From assembly GCA_964016885.1 (NCBI GenBank), contig OZ024742.1, forward strand, positions 228,594,001 to 228,658,000: a stretch of DNA of 64,000 nt, given 5' to 3'. Position numbers and translations under genes: made by a program. Positions 60,936 to 64,000 of this stretch are shown in pieces (positions within the stretch are counted from its first letter, which is position 1; each line of letters starts with the position of its first letter). Source of the DNA: Eledone cirrhosa. Taxonomy: Eukaryota. The notes below the pieces were generated by a model. It saw nothing but the letters and a program-made list of their open reading frames with translations. It did not search any database and was not told the DNA's origin.

Positions 60936-61133
60936 TTTTATCGGATGATGGCGTGCCAAAATCTTGGTACCCTTGGGGTATATATAATAGAATAAATATG
61001 GTTTTATAGATATAGTTTCCATTTATTTAATATCGTTGAATATTATACTCCAGAAAACATGTCGAGTGCTCTGAATCAGTTACAAACATTTATATTTGTT
61101 GAATTACCGACAAATTGAATATCCCTTCTGATT
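60936..61133 (+). mobile_element. Uninverted PLE-terminus copy (family of 5064-5428) with decayed hammerhead
   Basis: tattttat-cggatga-...ggtaccctt-gggg-tatatataatagaata followed by the same tail. Confidence 0.7.
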
Positions 61134-61142
61134 ATATATATA

Positions 61143-61181
<39 letters not shown>

Positions 61182-61611
61182 ATTTTTCAACTGTGAACAA
61201 TTTGTCAGCATTTTCTATTCCGTTTACCAATATATATATATATATATATATCAACTAGAAATAGATTGACATATATATATATATAAAATAAATACATGGA
61301 ACTTTGAGCTTATTCTACAGTGGATGGATATGGCGCATGTCTCTCAGACATGACAGCCCTTAATTTAATTTTGTATATATATATATTAAAAGGATCGATC
61401 GACTTTCGTCAAATCGGACCGAGGAAACAATGTTTCCGTCGGTCTTTCCAATTGCTAATACTATCTATCGGTCGCAACTCCAGGTAGAAGGAGCAACGTG
61501 AAATAAAGTGTCTTGCTCAAGGACATAACGCATCGCCCGGTCCAGGAATCGAACTCACAATCTCAAGATTGTGAATCCAATTCTCTTACCACTCAGCCAC
61601 ACGCCTTCACG

Positions 61612-61678
<67 letters not shown>

Positions 61679-61694
61679 GTATATATGTATATAC

Positions 61695-61886
<192 letters not shown>

Positions 61887-63019
61887 ATACTTGGGGAGGG
61901 TCATATTGTTGTAATAATATTGCCAGAAATAATAACTGTTTCTTATATAGGCACAAGGCCAGCAATTTTGGCGGACGGGAAAGTCGATTATATCGACCCC
62001 AGTGCGTGACTGGTACTTTATTTTATCGACCCCGTAAGGATGAAAGGCAAAGTTAACCTCGGCGGGATTTGAACTCAATTGCCAGAAATAATAACAGAAC
62101 ACACTCACTGTTTGGTTGGTTTTCGCTTCTGTATCTTTTATATCTCCATAGTTAATTCATTTGCCCATCAATGTTTATCACTGACTGACGAACGGTAAAA
62201 AATACAGATATAAATACATATATATAGTCTAACAAAGTTCTTTCGTTGCACATCTGCAACATCATCATACCTGCTGTATTGTATGTATTGTAGTGTCTAC
62301 GCCATTTTTATTTTCATATATATATACATAGCCAATTAAGACACTTCTTCCACGCATATCGATATTTGAAAACTTTCAAGCAATCTAAAACATTCTACAT
62401 TATTACATAGCAGAATATATATATGTATGCATCCAACTGCATATACACTTAATTATACACACACACATGCACACACACACAGACACAGACACACACACAT
62501 ATATATGTATAATATGTATATATGTATAATATGTATATGCGTATACATATATATAATTATAATTAAATTTATATGTATATGGTGAAGTATATATATATAT
62601 AATCAAGTATATATGCATATGGAGGGATATATATAAGTATATGTGTGTTTGTGTTGCACGTTTGTATACACAATTAGACATTAAATAACAAATGTAAATA
62701 TAAAATATGTTTAATGATGAAATCCATTATCAATAGTAAGTAGAGTAAATATATATTAAGAAATTACGATAATGGTTTCTAATTTTTAATAATTGTTTCT
62801 ACTTTTGGCGCAAGGCCAGCAATTATCCCAGTGTATTACTGGTACTTTATTTTATCGACCGTAAGGATGACAGGCAAAGTTAACCTCGGCGGGATTTGAA
62901 CTCAGACCATAAAGGGCCATAACTCTTTGCTCAAAGCATGGCGTCCGACCACCTACCGATACTGCCAATCCACCGCCCTTCTAAGTTTTAATAATAATAA
63001 TAATAATGATAATAATTGT

Positions 63020-64000
63020 TTCATTTATTGGCCACAAAAGCCGATACAGAGGAGACAATACAAAGACTGGGACAGTGGAAGCTTTACACAAAAATCGAGT
63101 AAAATACAAATTAACAAAAATAATTAACAATAAATATATAGCAAAATAAATTCCTCAATAGAGGGCGAACTACCCAGGAGCGAACCACACAGGAGCGAAC
63201 CACCCGAGGGAGAATCACCCGGGGGAGAACCACCCAGGGGCGACTCAGATATTCCACCAATCCTTAACCACACGACACTTCGAAGCCACCCGGAAAGTAA
63301 CCAGCCTTCAGGCGCATGCTCAGAGTAGGCCCATTCACAGGACCATTCTCGCCACTAAGGGGGTTAGCACTTCTCTCTCCACCTTTACATTCCTTTCCCA
63401 TTGTAACTTGAGAAACGTGATGAGGGATTGGCCGTATCTATCTTCAGTCTTTTCAATCTGGTCCACCACACAACTTCTTTTGCTACCGCCACTTGACAGA
63501 GAAAAACTGCCTGTCATTCCTGACGAAAAGAAGGCACGGGGCGATCTTCACTACTGACTTGGTCAATAGCCGGATCCGACATACACGCGACAACAGCTGT
63601 TCGACATAACTCCACAAGTCAGTAATGCATGGACATTGGAAGAGTAGGCGCAGAACGCTTTCGTCGCTCTGTGCGCATCCATGGCAGGTAAGTCTGACAG
63701 CACTTCCGTATCCGTAAAGTGTATCTCGAAATGGCAGTGACCCCCCCCCCCCCGGTAGCACTGCCAAGCGACGGATTTCTGGAAGTTATCCATAACCGTC
63801 GACTCGAAAGGCCACTGAAATAAACTGGTTAGTTCGATTTCGTTGAAATCCAGAGATTCTCCGAGAGCGCCATCGCACTTGCCCACTAATAACTCTCTAT
63901 AGAACTCTAGAGTGGAAGTTCCACTGACCACATTGACCGTCTGGTGAAGGGCAGTGTATCTGGAGATGTCACAGCCTCAGCGCGTGTTTGGAAATCATCA
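63020..64000 (-). pseudogene. Diverged Tx1-family 3' fragment running off the window
   Basis: MDNFQKSVAWQCYRG, CHGCAQSDESVLRLLFQC, LWSYVEQLLSRV; 3' end tttattggccac resembles 41823. Confidence 0.85.

Overview
AT-rich eukaryotic repeat landscape with no recognisable host gene. The dense (TA)n/(CA)n/(TATG)n microsatellites and the tRNA-derived SINE families suggest an octopus or other coleoid cephalopod (inference). Most entries in the ORF track are microsatellite translations. The real coding remnants are all transposon-derived: a full-length but disrupted Tx1/L1-clade LINE (41815-47689, -), two further Tx1 3' fragments, a 5'-truncated RTE LINE (55850-58529, +), a decayed Penelope-like element (PLE; RT + Zn-knuckle + GIY-YIG, 19640-22000) split by a non-autonomous Helitron, a second PLE remnant and a hAT remnant. 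The most striking signal is non-coding. About 15-19 type I hammerhead ribozyme (HHR) motifs from roughly nine sequence families sit in short cassettes embedded in (TA)n tracts. Many are head-to-head fold-back palindromes, some are tandem retrozyme-like monomers, and one lineage carries a compensatory U3-A8 core. All coordinates and alignments were read by eye; element boundaries are approximate.
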